DNA from: Octopus sinensis
Lineage: Eukaryota
Assembly (NCBI RefSeq): GCF_006345805.1
Contig: NC_042997.1
Span: 153,264,001-153,328,000, forward strand
Direction of reading: 5' to 3'
DNA length: 64,000 nucleotides
The notes under the pieces are model-generated. The model worked only from the letters and a program-made list of their open reading frames with translations. It ran no database searches and was not told the DNA's origin. Shown here one piece after another: positions 52,141-64,000 of the stretch. Numbering within the stretch: position 1 is the stretch's first letter; each line of letters opens with the position of its first letter. A program made the position numbers and the translations under genes.

Positions 52141-53263
52141 CAGAATAAGGTTGGAAATTTGTGCAGGAACTTCTTGAGATTTAAATAGATTATTAAAGTC
52201 CCTGCTTTTGAAATAATATTTTCAGAATGTTGGTACCCGTTTTCAAAAACTACAGAAGATAAACAATTCTTTTTAGTTCCTTCGTTATTTTACATTTAAA
52301 TTTCTATATATACATATATATGAGAGAGCACGAGAGAAAATATTCTTTTCTACTCTAGGCACAAGGCCCAAAATTTTGAGAGAGGGGGCCAGTCGATTAG
52401 CCCGACCTCAGTACGCAACTAGTACTTAATTTATCGAATGAAATTAACAATACAGAGACAACACAAATGTAGCAATGATCAGGCCACGCTCCGACCCCAC
52501 AAGCCCCGATCTATCACTGGTACCTTTTTTTGTTCTTCTTGTATAGCTTATTCACACGGTTCCTTGCACGCACAACACTTGTGCAACTCCCTTTTTGGAA
52601 TACTCTCCGACAGACACCTCTTCTCCAGCCATTTATTCAAAACACTATATCTCTCTATTAAAATATTTTGTTGAATGTTAATACGAAAAAAACCTTATTA
52701 TTGTTGTTGCTCATTTCTTATTTGATATGTTGATGTAGTTGTCGTGACCTCCTTCATATCACCGTTTTCATAATACATATTTCACAAAAGCGTAGCACCT
52801 GCTCATAACACTATAGTGCATTCCTTAAGGAAAACATCATTTTCCTCTGTATTTCGCCATAGTTTATAATTTACTTTGTTTTTCAATATGACATGAAGAC
52901 TATTATTTTATTGGATATTTACAATAGGAAATGTAACTCTAATACAGAAATAATGAACAAAATGAAAATCCTTTTGAAATATTTTCATTTTCTAGTTTTT
53001 ATATTTTTCCGTGATCAACTCACCTCTGCACATTTAACTGCCATTTGCAAGTGTTCAAGATGTGCGTTTGTGTATGCTTGTATCTAGAAATGAATAATAA
53101 TGTGTGTGTGAGAGAGAGAAGAAAGAAAGTGAAATCCTAATGCTTTGATACTTGAAACATCATTTGCATGTAATATATTTAAAGCAAATTAACTCGAAAA
53201 ATCTCATTTCCCAATGAACTTTCTACATAATTTCAGAAACACACACACAGAGACACACGTAAT

Positions 53264-53316
<53 letters not shown>

Positions 53317-54084
53317 GTTTATGAATGAATGATTTTATATATATATATATATATATATAATATATGTAATATATATATAATATATGTCTGTGTGTATATA
53401 TATATGTGCGTACGTATAACGGTTCTTAAGGTGGCATAGAACATCCTATATACAAATGTTCTATCTCAGCGCTCGCCTTTCAATGAATAAGCAGACTCAG
53501 AACACACATCCATAAGCGTATATGATGGGATAGGGGATAAGTGTTTGACTCAGCTCAGCATTAAAGTTTCACTGGTGAAACCTTCACTTTATCAGATTTT
53601 AAAGACACTGTGAAAAAAATTTAAAAGAAATTTTAAATGATTTCATGATGAGAGTATTTAGACCTTCAAGTTTCGTGGGATTTTTTTGCTATCATACGTG
53701 GTGTAGCAGCCCAGATGTTAGCGCTACCTAGTGGGTATTGTTACGAGGTAATATTTTCAGCGACAACAAGTTTTTACCCTGCATGTTACTCGTTGTAGAA
53801 TAGAAAATAAGTAGGTGTCAGTTATTAGTCTTTATGTAAGGTACAGGAGAGAGAGAGATAGAGAGAGAGAAGAGCCGTAGAGGCTTGTTATCAATGATGT
53901 CAAACAATTATGATGAATATTTTTGTATTGGGAACTAAAATTTAATGCAACAAATCGTCATAGGTAGAAGTATTTCCTGCTTTAAAACTGGAACCAGTTA
54001 ATCAACAAGTAGCGACTTTTAGAAGATTGGACTGAATGAAGTTTAAGTGAGGTAGGTATGACAAAATATATTTCTTTCATCGGT

Positions 54085-54720
54085 TACATTTATAATGGAT
54101 AATTCGTAATGGATAATCCCTTCCTAGTCCCACCATACACACAACATCGTTTTACGAGGATGAAGATCTTGTTCCATGCGCGGTGTCACTTGTTTGCCGG
54201 GGCTAAGCCATTCCTTATGCTGCTTCATATTGATGTACAGGCACCTTTTTCGTCGCCAGTAACGATTTGGTAAAGGAGTCGTTGCTTGTGTCCACTAGTT
54301 GACTGGTTTGCGGTGACGAGCAAGCAAACCAGCGGAGATTGTGGCTCGTTGATTTTTGTTGTTTTCACTTAAAGCATGCGAACCCATGCTCCATACTTCT
54401 GAACCTTTCCCATCGAGTGAAGATGCTTTTCTATAGCAGTTTGGGAGCATTCCATTTTCTCTGCCAGTTCCCTTGTCGTTTGATGAGAATTTTCGTGCAA
54501 AAGTTGGTTTAATCGTTCTTCATCGAACTCAACTGGACGGCCAGAACGAGGTGCGTCTTTGAGGTCAAAATTTCCATGTTTAAACTTGGCATACCAGTCA
54601 CGAGCGGTTCTTTCAGCTATGACACCCTCTCCATACACAACGCAAATGTCGCGAGCAGCTTTTGCGGCCTTAGAACATTGATTAAAAGTAAAAAGGTGTC
54701 GAATATGCTCGTTTTTCTTA
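54085..54720 (-). mobile_element. Mariner transposase remnant
   Basis: YGEGVIAERTARDWYAKFKHGNFDLKDAPRSGRP, GAWV, IVTGDEK, HPRKTMLCVWWD*EGIIHYEL. Confidence 0.9.
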
Positions 54721-55590
54721 TCTTAACATTCCATTTTAATGATCTGAAAAGGAACAAAAATTAACTAGAAAAAAGACAAAATATATTTCAAAATGATTCA
54801 AAAATAGAATTCTCGAAAAACAAAATAGATTCCAAAATGATTCAAAACTAGAATTCTCGAAAAAAAATAGATTCCAAAACTTAAAAACACAAAAAATTCT
54901 AAAATTTCAAAAACGGTGGAAACTTAATTGCCATTATGGTTCTAAGTAGTTACTAGTTGTCTAGTGAAGAAAAATTTTTTTTTAATTTTCATCCTTACGC
55001 TTAGTATATTTAGAGAAAAGAAAGGAATTAAAATGATAATTCACAATAATGTCATTTTGGAATTAAATAAAGACCACTGGTCAGCTTCAATAATTTCTAA
55101 GAATTTGCATGTACATAACCGACAGATTTTCTAGACAACGTCGTACGAATTAGCAGATTTTAATATGGACCGTTCCAAGTCGTAGGGATTGTTTGGACAT
55201 TCAAATTGAAGATATGCTCAGCAAGAGAAGTAGAATTCTTAGAGTTTTTTTGTTTTTTTTAGATAATAAATGACATATGTGTAATGTCTTCTTTATTCAA
55301 TTTAGAAATTGAGAAGAATTTATGGGTTATAAAATTACATCTATAAACCAGATCATCTTTGCAGTGGCCATTAAAAAGACAATCTTCTTTCACTTGAATT
55401 TTTATTAAGATTTGGCTCGTAGGATTTCCAAGAGGCAGGTGGAAAATTGCTTGGATTGACACTAGAAATTTTATTATCACTTTCGTTATCCTTATTACTC
55501 TGTAATAAATACAATCTTATATGCTAATTTTACTGCAATACCTACTGCTATTGTTAATATTATCATTATTAAAATCATTACCACAACCCT

Positions 55591-55621
<31 letters not shown>

Positions 55622-56579
55622 TAGTAGTAGTAGTAGTAGTAGTAGCATCAGCAGCAGCAGCAGTGGAAGTCGGATGCTGCCGCTACTATTTTGATCATGA
55701 TTATCAATGATACCTTAGATTAATTACAGGAAGCATGTATTTGATATGCCTAGATTGAGAATTATGTTTTCTACTATCAATATTTGAAATGCCACAACTA
55801 TATATATTCATAAATCCTTGATCACAGTAAAGTGACAAAACATCATATTTGTGATATTTGGAGATGCAGTAGGAATGCTGGTCATTAGAGTTTTCTGATG
55901 CATATAATATTTTGACAGCAATTTACAGAATTATAATTATTACTCGTAGTGAGTCTAATAGGTTTGGCCTAGGATAGTGTAGTGTTTTATTTATATATTA
56001 TGAAAAATATACAGTATCGTTTATAGTATTATTTATAGGATAATTTGATGAGAGGTTGGAAATGGAAGATTTTACTTATCTGTCAGGTATATTCATTCTT
56101 CCATTTCATTTCATTTAAGATTACTGTCACGTTGCCTATTTACATTTTTTCTGAGAAGATAATTTATTTATCTCCTTATCGTTTTTAATCACATCATTTA
56201 AAGTAATATTAATATTGATAGGATTAATTCGATTAAGTCGAAGTTTAAGTTTACCATTATGTCAATATTTCATTTTGTTATCTTATTCGCTTCGTTCTAC
56301 AAGCATCATTACAGTATGCTAAACTATCATTAAAGGTTTTTTATTAGCTGAAAGATTAGAAATTCTACATGAAATGCTTACACCAAACTATTTAGGAATT
56401 TAAAAATTTATATACTGTAAAGATTTATTGAGTTTATAATATGCATAATAAAGACCAGAATTAGAATTAAGAATAACATCGAGAAAATTTTACAAGTTTA
56501 GTATCCATCTCAAAGGGAATGGGCAAATTATAAATTATGAAGGAACTTTCTAGATCATTCTGATTGAGATAGAGTTTAC

Positions 56580-56828
56580 TCTTTTACTCATTTACTCTTT
56601 TACTTGTTTCAGTCATTTGACTGCGGCCATGCTGGAGAACCACCTTTAGTCAACCAAATCGACCCCAGAGCTTATTCTTTGTAAGCCTAGTACTTATTCT
56701 ATCGGTGTCTTTTGCCGAACCACTAAGCTACGGGGGGACGTAAACACACCAGCATCGGTTGTCAAGTGATGTTGAGGGGATAAACACAAACATACATACA
56801 GACATACAGACATACATACATACATGCA

Positions 56829-56864
<36 letters not shown>

Positions 56865-57017
56865 CGACGGGCTCCTTCCAGTTTCCGTCCGCCAAATCCA
56901 CTTACAAGGCTTTGGTCGGCCCTAGGCTATAGTAGAAGACACTTGCCCAAGGTGCCACGCATGTGGCACCTTGTGGTTGGTAAGCAAGCTACCTATCATA
57001 CAGCTACTCCTGCACCT
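56580..57017 (-). mobile_element. SINE family B
   Basis: Near-identical layout to 15240-15670. Confidence 0.9.
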
Positions 57018-57018
57018 A

Positions 57019-57572
57019 AATCTTCCATATAGATATGTATTCGGCTAAAACGATCGTTAAAACCAACTTATTAGCGAGAAAGTCTACATTATTATGTATT
57101 TAGTGATAGTGGAGATATAGACCATCCCCCATGGTTTGTAATAATTTCTCTGCAATTCTAATAAAATGCATAATCCGACAGGGTCATTTATCTGAATCCG
57201 ATGAACTCAGAGTTAACCCAAAATTACTACACCTAGATTTTGAAATCCTGTAATTATCAATGATAGATATAAGTGTGTTCCTGGATATTAAAAACATAGT
57301 CTGTCTGTAGATGTGATATATTTTTGGCTTGATATACTTTTGATGGTTTCTGTATAACATTCTGAAATAATTTAAATTAAAATTAATATTAATAAATTAT
57401 GAATAATAATTACATATTTTTAGAATTAATGGCTTTATTCTTAATAAAGCGGCCGTTGAAAGCAATTTGAATACGATCTATCTGTGAAATGTATGCTTTT
57501 TCGCTAATTTACTCTAAGAATACGTTGGTTTTAACGATCGTTTTAGCCGTATACATATCAATATGGAAGATT
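57019..57572. mobile_element. MITE-like element with 55-75-bp imperfect TIRs
   Basis: aatcttccatat..cggctaaaacgatcgttaaaaccaac pairs with gttggttttaacgatcgttttagccg..atatggaagatt. Confidence 0.75.
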
Positions 57573-57677
57573 CTTTCCGCATGGATATACTGCAATATTA
57601 TAAGGTATCAGAATTTAACGATGCATTATTATTTGAGCTTTTTATAAATAAATATATATATATATATATATATATAG

Positions 57678-57726
<49 letters not shown>

Positions 57727-57936
57727 TATGTGAAATAGAAAGATGAATAATCTTGTTGTAGATTAATCAAAAGCTAACCGATACCTTAGTAGCAAAAATC
57801 ACAGCAGTAAACAGCACGGTTGGAGGTACGACCATCTGGCGTTGCAACCGTGCGTTGGTGCGGATAATTGAAATTAAAACATTATTGGTGAATTGAGGAA
57901 ATGGAGCTGAACGCAGATTGAACAGAAATCGTTTTA

Positions 57937-58025
57937 TTTCATTCTACACGTGTTTCGAAAGGCACAAATTACCAAAATCCGATTGAATAATGGGACCATA
58001 TTGTGTCTTTCTCTTCAGGAAGAAA
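57937..58025 (-). ncRNA. Type-I hammerhead ribozyme in the left (inverted) pLTR, intact
   Basis: UUUCUUC-CUGAAGA-GAAAG.A.CACAA...UUGUG.C.CUUUC-GAAAC-ACGU-GUA-GAA(U)GAAA. Confidence 0.85.
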
Positions 58026-58595
58026 AAAGGAAATCCGTTAGAGAAACAAAAACAGAACAGAGGCGGAGCAAAAACCAAATCGAACTATGCTCCTAAGAGC
58101 CCATGGCGAAACTGTTTATCAGTGTTTGCTGAGAACCGGTGGCTGAAGAATTCTACAGGTCAGGCATCGGTCAATCATGTGGGTGAGGGTGTATATATGT
58201 TCTTAGTGACCGAGAATAAAGTTCTGACTATTTAAGGAATATTGGATGTTTTATAAGGGGCGAGAAAAAATCTACTTAGAGACGTGTGTGTGTGTATACT
58301 GTTCTATATATGTGGTGTTGGCGTAGGGGTAGAAAACACTTTTTGTGTACGTGTGTGCGTTTGATCGTTCGGCTGTCAGTGGCTACTGCCGTGATAACCG
58401 TTGGGTGGCAGAAAGAAAAAATATATATATATATTATGTTTTATGTGTGTGTGTGTTCATCTGAGCCTGCCTTGTCAAGGAAACCCCCCGCTGTGAAAAA
58501 ACCAAGCCCTAATCTACAACAAGATTATTCATCTTTCTATTTCACATAATACATACCGCTTCGTCAAGAAACTGCTACTTTAACCGATACCAATA

Positions 58596-61275
58596 ATGGA
58601 GTTGTTCGAGATTGATGCGTCCCTTAAGGATATTCCTATACCACCAAAGGATGCCTTCTTAAGGAGTTGGTTGTAAAACCAACGCATTCATAACCGGATA
58701 AGATGGCTCATTTTCTTCCACGAGAACGAAGATCTAAAATCGAACCGGACAACGGCATCGTCCGAATACGGCCGGCTTTTTAAAACATTGGATACGCCGC
58801 CACCGAACCCAAGACTGAAGAAGTTTGAGGACGACTTGTGGGACATAGTTAGAAAGATTAAATTCAGGAAGTCACCCAGGAGAAATGCCCACTCAGATAC
58901 CTAGATAAAATTACCAAGGACATTAATAGATCGGACGGAGTCCTGGTCCAGTCCGACAAGACCAGGAACACATACAAGATGCCCATTAAGGAGTACCTAG
59001 ATTTACTCGGTAAAGAGATCAAGAAAAATTATAGAAAAACCAATTGGAGTACCCTGAGGAAGGTAAACTTGGAAATTAAGGAAATAATATTTAAACACCG
59101 AATTCAAATGAGAACTCAGCCGCTTAGCCCCAAGCAACCCAGATTTATAGTGAAGGACCATAAGCCTAACTTCCACACCAACCCAGCGCTAAGACTCATA
59201 TGCCCTGCTAGATCTGATATCGGGATAATCAGTAAGTACATTTTAGATAAATATATCCCTAGTTTAGTAAACAAGCTGAAGCTCAGCCTCTGGGCCAACT
59301 CCTCCCAGGTAGTGAAGTGGTTCTCTTCCATCCCCAATAAGAACCGTACTAGGTTCATTCAGTTTGATATCGCCAGCTTCTACCCCTCGATTAACCCTAG
59401 TGTGCTAAATAAGGCCCTCTGGCATGCTCACAACAAGGCTGGCCTCACCAGAGAAGAGATAGATATCATTTTAGTTGCCAGGAAATCGTTTATTAAGTTT
59501 GATAATAAGTTGTGGATCCGTAAAAATACTCCCAATGAATTTGATGTGCCTATGGGTAGTTCGGATAGTGCGCAGATAGCCGATTTAGTAGGTATATATA
59601 TTCTCTACGAATTGTCCGACCAATTCCCGGAGATCGCGGGCGGCCTGTATCGTGACGATTGTTTGTTTTACCTGCAAAACACCACGAACAGAATAGTGCA
59701 GAAAACTAAGAGCAGGTTAGCTAGGTTTTTTAATAGAATGGGCATGAGTATAGTTTTTGATAATGAACTCACCAAGGCTAATTTCCTAGACGTTACACTT
59801 AACCTTAATAGCGACTCATACTGCCCTTACCATAAGCCTTCCACTAATTTGAAGTATGTCAGTGTCTTCTCAAATCATGCCAAAACCGTAACAGACAATT
59901 TGGTTAAAAACATCTCTCTAAGATTGTCTGGCTTGTCCGCCAGTGCCGATATTTTTATGCAGAAAGCGGAATTTTACAACGCCGCACTGTCCAAGGCCGG
60001 TTAAGGCAGAAGGTAATTTATATTGATCCGGCCCTTCCGATGCCATCATTCGGTCATCAGGATAGGGCCGTATATAATAACATTAACATTTTAAGTAAGG
60101 ACGGGAGCGCGGCGGATGCCGGGGTAGTCGCTCCCGCATTTAATTTAGCGAACAAGGATAATTATCGGTCCGGGAGGTCTTACACTAACCCAAGACCCGT
60201 TATTTATCCGAGAATCACCCACCAGAGTGCGAGAGCTAGCGCCCCGACCCATCACACTGATAGGAATAAGCATATATGGTTGGTAATCCCCTTTGGTAAG
60301 CAGATTAGAACTAACCTCCCCCTCTTGTTTAGACAAGCCATCGCCAATAACTTCCCCAGAAATTCCAAATATACTCCACGGTTAACTCACATAAAGTTAG
60401 GATAGCTTTCTCCAACACTAAAAACCTCGCCCAGATAATCGCCTCCCATAATAATAGGCTACTTACTAAGACCCTATCACCTTTTTCCGGAGGCACAGCC
60501 TCTTCCGCTCCCGGTTTAATGCTCAGTAGGAATAATTATAGTAGTAATAATGATATGAGAGCCAGTACAGTGACACATAATCTCAGCTCCAGCCAGGGAG
60601 TACCCACTAGGGGTATAGTTATAAATAGGGGTGGTGTGGTTGACGGTAACAATGGGAGTAGGGTAGAGAGCCCCAATAGCAACCCCAGCATCATTTCCCG
60701 CAATAGCAGCACCACGGGCACTAGCAATGACAGTACTCTGATAGATAGTGGAGAATCAGGGGTTATTCCTATAGTTAATAGTGACGTAGCGGAAAATAGA
60801 GTAGTAAGCGGCTGCAGGTCTCGGAACGAATATAGTGACAGGAACGCAGTTCTAATTTCAGAAACTAATCCTAGCAGATTAAGATTTACGTCGGCGAACT
60901 CCAAGATCAAAAACGCCGTCTACCAATGCAAGGTTTACACGGACTCAGATGTCTTCACTTATGTAGGGGCATCATCCTCAAGATTGTCTTTGCGTGTCTC
61001 CAATCATTACGCAACTTTTCGGGACGTGAACAAGCGCCAGACCACGGGACTCAGTAAGCTAATATGGCGACTGAAGGATACGAACTTAAGCTACAGGCTG
61101 AATGGTCAATTTTGTCGGTGGCCCTCCCATTTGATAGGGGCAGAAGACAGTGTAACTTTGTGTCTCCGAACTCTTCCATATTTTGTTTGCCAGAGGCCGG
61201 ATGGTAAACGGGCTCTTGCAGTCGGCTTTTCGATGCCCCCATTGGCGGCGTTACACTTATCTGGCTTTTAAATAG
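58596..61275 (+). CDS. PLE polyprotein (RT + GIY-YIG), about 890 aa once single-base frameshifts are repaired
   Basis: SLKDIPIP, SDKTRN, LRLICPARSDIG, FDIASFYPSI, VPMGSSDSAQIADL, LYRDDCL, NFLDVTLNL, PYHKP, HIW..PF, AVYQCKV..YVGAS..R..NH, and reconstructed WSIL..CN(L)CLR(E)LFHIL..CPH. Confidence 0.9.
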
Positions 61276-61868
61276 CGTTTATAAATAATACCGGCACCAT
61301 AGCCCTTTGTAACAAATTCTGAAATAGCCTTTAGATATCTACGATTATCCACTGCAAGGGGAATTACTCCTGTAAGACAAACGGGGCTTGGTTTTTTCAC
61401 AGCGGGGGGTTTCCTTGACAAGGCAGGCTCAGATGAACACACACACACATAAAACATAATATATATATATATTTTTTTCTTTCTGCCACCCAACGGTTAT
61501 CACGGCAGTAGCCACTGACAGCCGAACGATCAAACGCACACACGTACACAAAAAGTGTTTTCTACCCCTACGCCAACACACACATATATAGAACAGTATA
61601 CACACACAACGTCTCTAAGTAGATTTTTTCTCGCCCCTTATAAAACATCCAATATTCCTTAAATAGTCAGAACTTTATTCTCGGTCACTAAGAACATATA
61701 TACACCCTCACCCACATGATTGACCGATGCCTGACCTGTAGAATTCTTCAGCCACCGGTTCTCAGCAAACACTGATAAACAGTTTCGCCATGGGCTCTTA
61801 GGAGCATAGTTCGATTTGGTTTTTGCTCCGCCTCTGTTCTGTTTTTGTTTCTCTAACGGATTTCCTTT

Positions 61869-61957
61869 TTTCTTCCTGAAGAGAAAGACACAATATGGTC
61901 CCATTATTCAATCGGATTTTGGTAATTTATGCCTTTCGAAAACAGTGTAGAATGAAA
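61869..61957 (+). ncRNA. Hammerhead copy in the right pLTR (sense to the ORF), with stem III altered
   Basis: Same motif, but GAAAACAGTGTA replaces GAAACACGTGTA and there is one extra stem II mismatch. Confidence 0.7.
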
Positions 61958-62010
61958 TAAAACGATTTCTGTTCAATCTGCGTTCAGCTCCATTTCCTCA
62001 ATTCACCAAT

Positions 62011-62052
<42 letters not shown>

Positions 62053-62125
62053 TATATATATTATATATATATATATATAAGATATATATATATATATAGA
62101 TAATAGATATTATATATTATATATA

Positions 62126-62525
62126 GGAGTGGCTGTGTTGGTAAGTATCTTGCTTCCCAACCACATGGTTCCGGGTTCAGTCCCACTGCATGGCACCTTG
62201 GGCAAGTGTCTTCTACTATATCCTCGGGCCGACCAAATCCTTATGAGTTGATTTGGTAGACGGAAACTGAAAGAACCCCGTCGTATATATGCATATATTT
62301 ATGTGTGTGTGTGAGGTTGTGTGTTTGTGTCTGTCCCCACGACATCGCTTGACAACCGATGCTGGTGTGCTTACGTCCCCATAACCTAGCGGTTCGGCAA
62401 GAGAGACCGATAGAATAAGTACTAGGCTTACAAAGAATAAGTCCTGGGGCCGATTTTCTCGACTAAAGGCGGTACTCCAGCATGGTCACAGTCAAATGAC
62501 TGAAAGAAGTAAAAGAGTAAAGAGG
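62126..62525 (+). mobile_element. SINE family B
   Basis: aggagtggctgtgttggtaag...aaaagagtaaaagagg. Confidence 0.9.
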
Positions 62526-62925
62526 AAAGTGTATATATATATATATAAGGCACGTGCCGTCAGATTCTACTCAGAGTTGGCAGATGGTGACCTTTATGTA
62601 GTAAAACAAAAAATAGGTGAAATACAGGCGCACGACTGAGTTGCAGGCAGATTTACTTCTGCCTATATAGCACGTAGGGAAAACAGTTTTGTAGGATTGT
62701 ACGCAGCACGTGTAGTACAACAGTACAATGATTGAAAAACCCGGGCGAATTATGCCTACCTAATCTAGAAATGAAAATAGGCATATATTGCATTTTATGC
62801 ATAGTATTAATAGTAACCTTCATAATTTTTTGAATTAGATGCATATTTTGCCATAAAAGGAAAATGTTGCTATTGATTATTTTATTCAAGATACGCACTG
62901 CCTTACCTTACCTACCAAAGATATT

Positions 62926-62961
<36 letters not shown>

Positions 62962-63039
62962 ATATATACACTGCTTTATTTTGAGATTGCTAATAATAAA
63001 ATACAGACTGGAGTTATAGGGCTCCAAGTGAGCTATATT

Positions 63040-63450
63040 CCGCTTATTAATCTGAATGGAGGCAATGCAAGCGGAAACTACATGAGCATACTTAAAAACC
63101 ACTCTCAAAATCAAATATATACACGTATTCTTCTATATTTATAAAACGGATATGAATCTTCCAAAGATATAAATATAAAACTACCTATAAATAGAAAATA
63201 TCCATATGATATATAAAACAGGGAATTTTAGATTTAAAAGTTATAATACATTCGTGTAATACGTTCGTGTCTTTTATATATCATCACGATATTTTCTATT
63301 TCTATTTATTTTTATTTTTATGTACTTGGAATTATTATATCCGTTTTATAAATGTAGAAGAATATATGTATATATTTGATTTTGATTGTGGTTATTAATC
63401 ATGTTCCTCTAGTTTCCGCTTGCATTGCCTCCATTCAGATTATTAAGCGG
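63040..63450. mobile_element. Fold-back MITE, palindromic over most of its length
   Basis: 41-bp TIR with one mismatch (ccgcttattaatctgaatggaggcaatgcaagcggaaacta); inner arms also pair. Confidence 0.85.
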
Positions 63451-63456
63451 TATGCA

Positions 63457-63457
<1 letters not shown>

Positions 63458-63538
<81 letters not shown>

Positions 63539-63871
63539 ACATATAATATATATACATATATATATACATATATATATATATACAATATATATATATACAT
63601 ATATATATATACATATATATACATATATATATATACATATATATATACATATATATATATACCTGTATATATATACATATATATTATATATACATATATA
63701 TATATACATATATATATATACATATATATATATATACATATATATATATACATATATATATTTATACATATATATATACATATATATATGTATATACATA
63801 TACATATATATTTATACATATATATACATATATACATATGTATATAATATATATATATATACATATATTAC

Positions 63872-63904
<33 letters not shown>

Positions 63905-63947
63905 CATATATACATATATATACATATATATATATACATATATATAC

Positions 63948-63978
<31 letters not shown>

Positions 63979-64000
63979 CATATATATATACATATAATAT
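63458..64000. repeat. Compound (TA)n/(TATATAC)n microsatellite running to the window end
   Basis: Direct reading. Confidence 0.95.

Larger units (their letters stand above)
57724..62019 (+). mobile_element. Near-complete Penelope-like retroelement with inverted pseudo-LTRs, inserted in (TA)n
   Basis: RT plus C-terminal GIY-YIG. 57875-58509 is the reverse complement of 61384-62019. 57724-57765 is the reverse complement of 58510-58550. (TA)n flanks both ends. Confidence 0.95.

Noticed and set aside
57990-58549. ORFs duplicated at 57990-58235 / 61659-61904 and 58286-58549 / 61257-61493
   Set aside because: Antisense frames of the pLTR, duplicated only because the pLTR is.

Overview
AT-rich, repeat-dense eukaryotic DNA. 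The SINE and LINE families look cephalopod, probably Octopus (my inference; no database search was run). I could not confirm any host gene; there is one weak candidate exon at 28982-29152 (-). Most listed ORFs are artefacts of (TA)n, (TAA)n, (CT)n and (TG)n microsatellites. The recognisable content is mobile DNA. (1) A near-complete Penelope-like element (PLE) at 57724-62019, with RT plus C-terminal GIY-YIG, inverted pseudo-LTRs, (TA)n on both sides and a type-I hammerhead ribozyme (HHR) in the pLTR. (2) Further PLE-like remnants and eight more HHR or HHR-like motifs from several unrelated families. (3) A tRNA-headed SINE-like family whose tail contains an HHR-like motif and whose 5' ends are inverted in PLE fashion. 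(4) Four R4/Dong-like RLE retrotransposon pieces, arranged as two head-to-tail pairs inside (TAA)n tracts. (5) CR1-like and RTE-like LINE fragments, Tc1/mariner and Helitron remnants, non-autonomous Helitron-like elements, fold-back MITEs and many tRNA-derived SINEs. The most interesting signal is a ribozyme-carrying retroelement ecosystem: an autonomous PLE alongside non-autonomous HHR elements, including a tRNA-SINE/HHR hybrid. All alignments and foldings were done by eye, and boundaries are approximate unless junctions are quoted.
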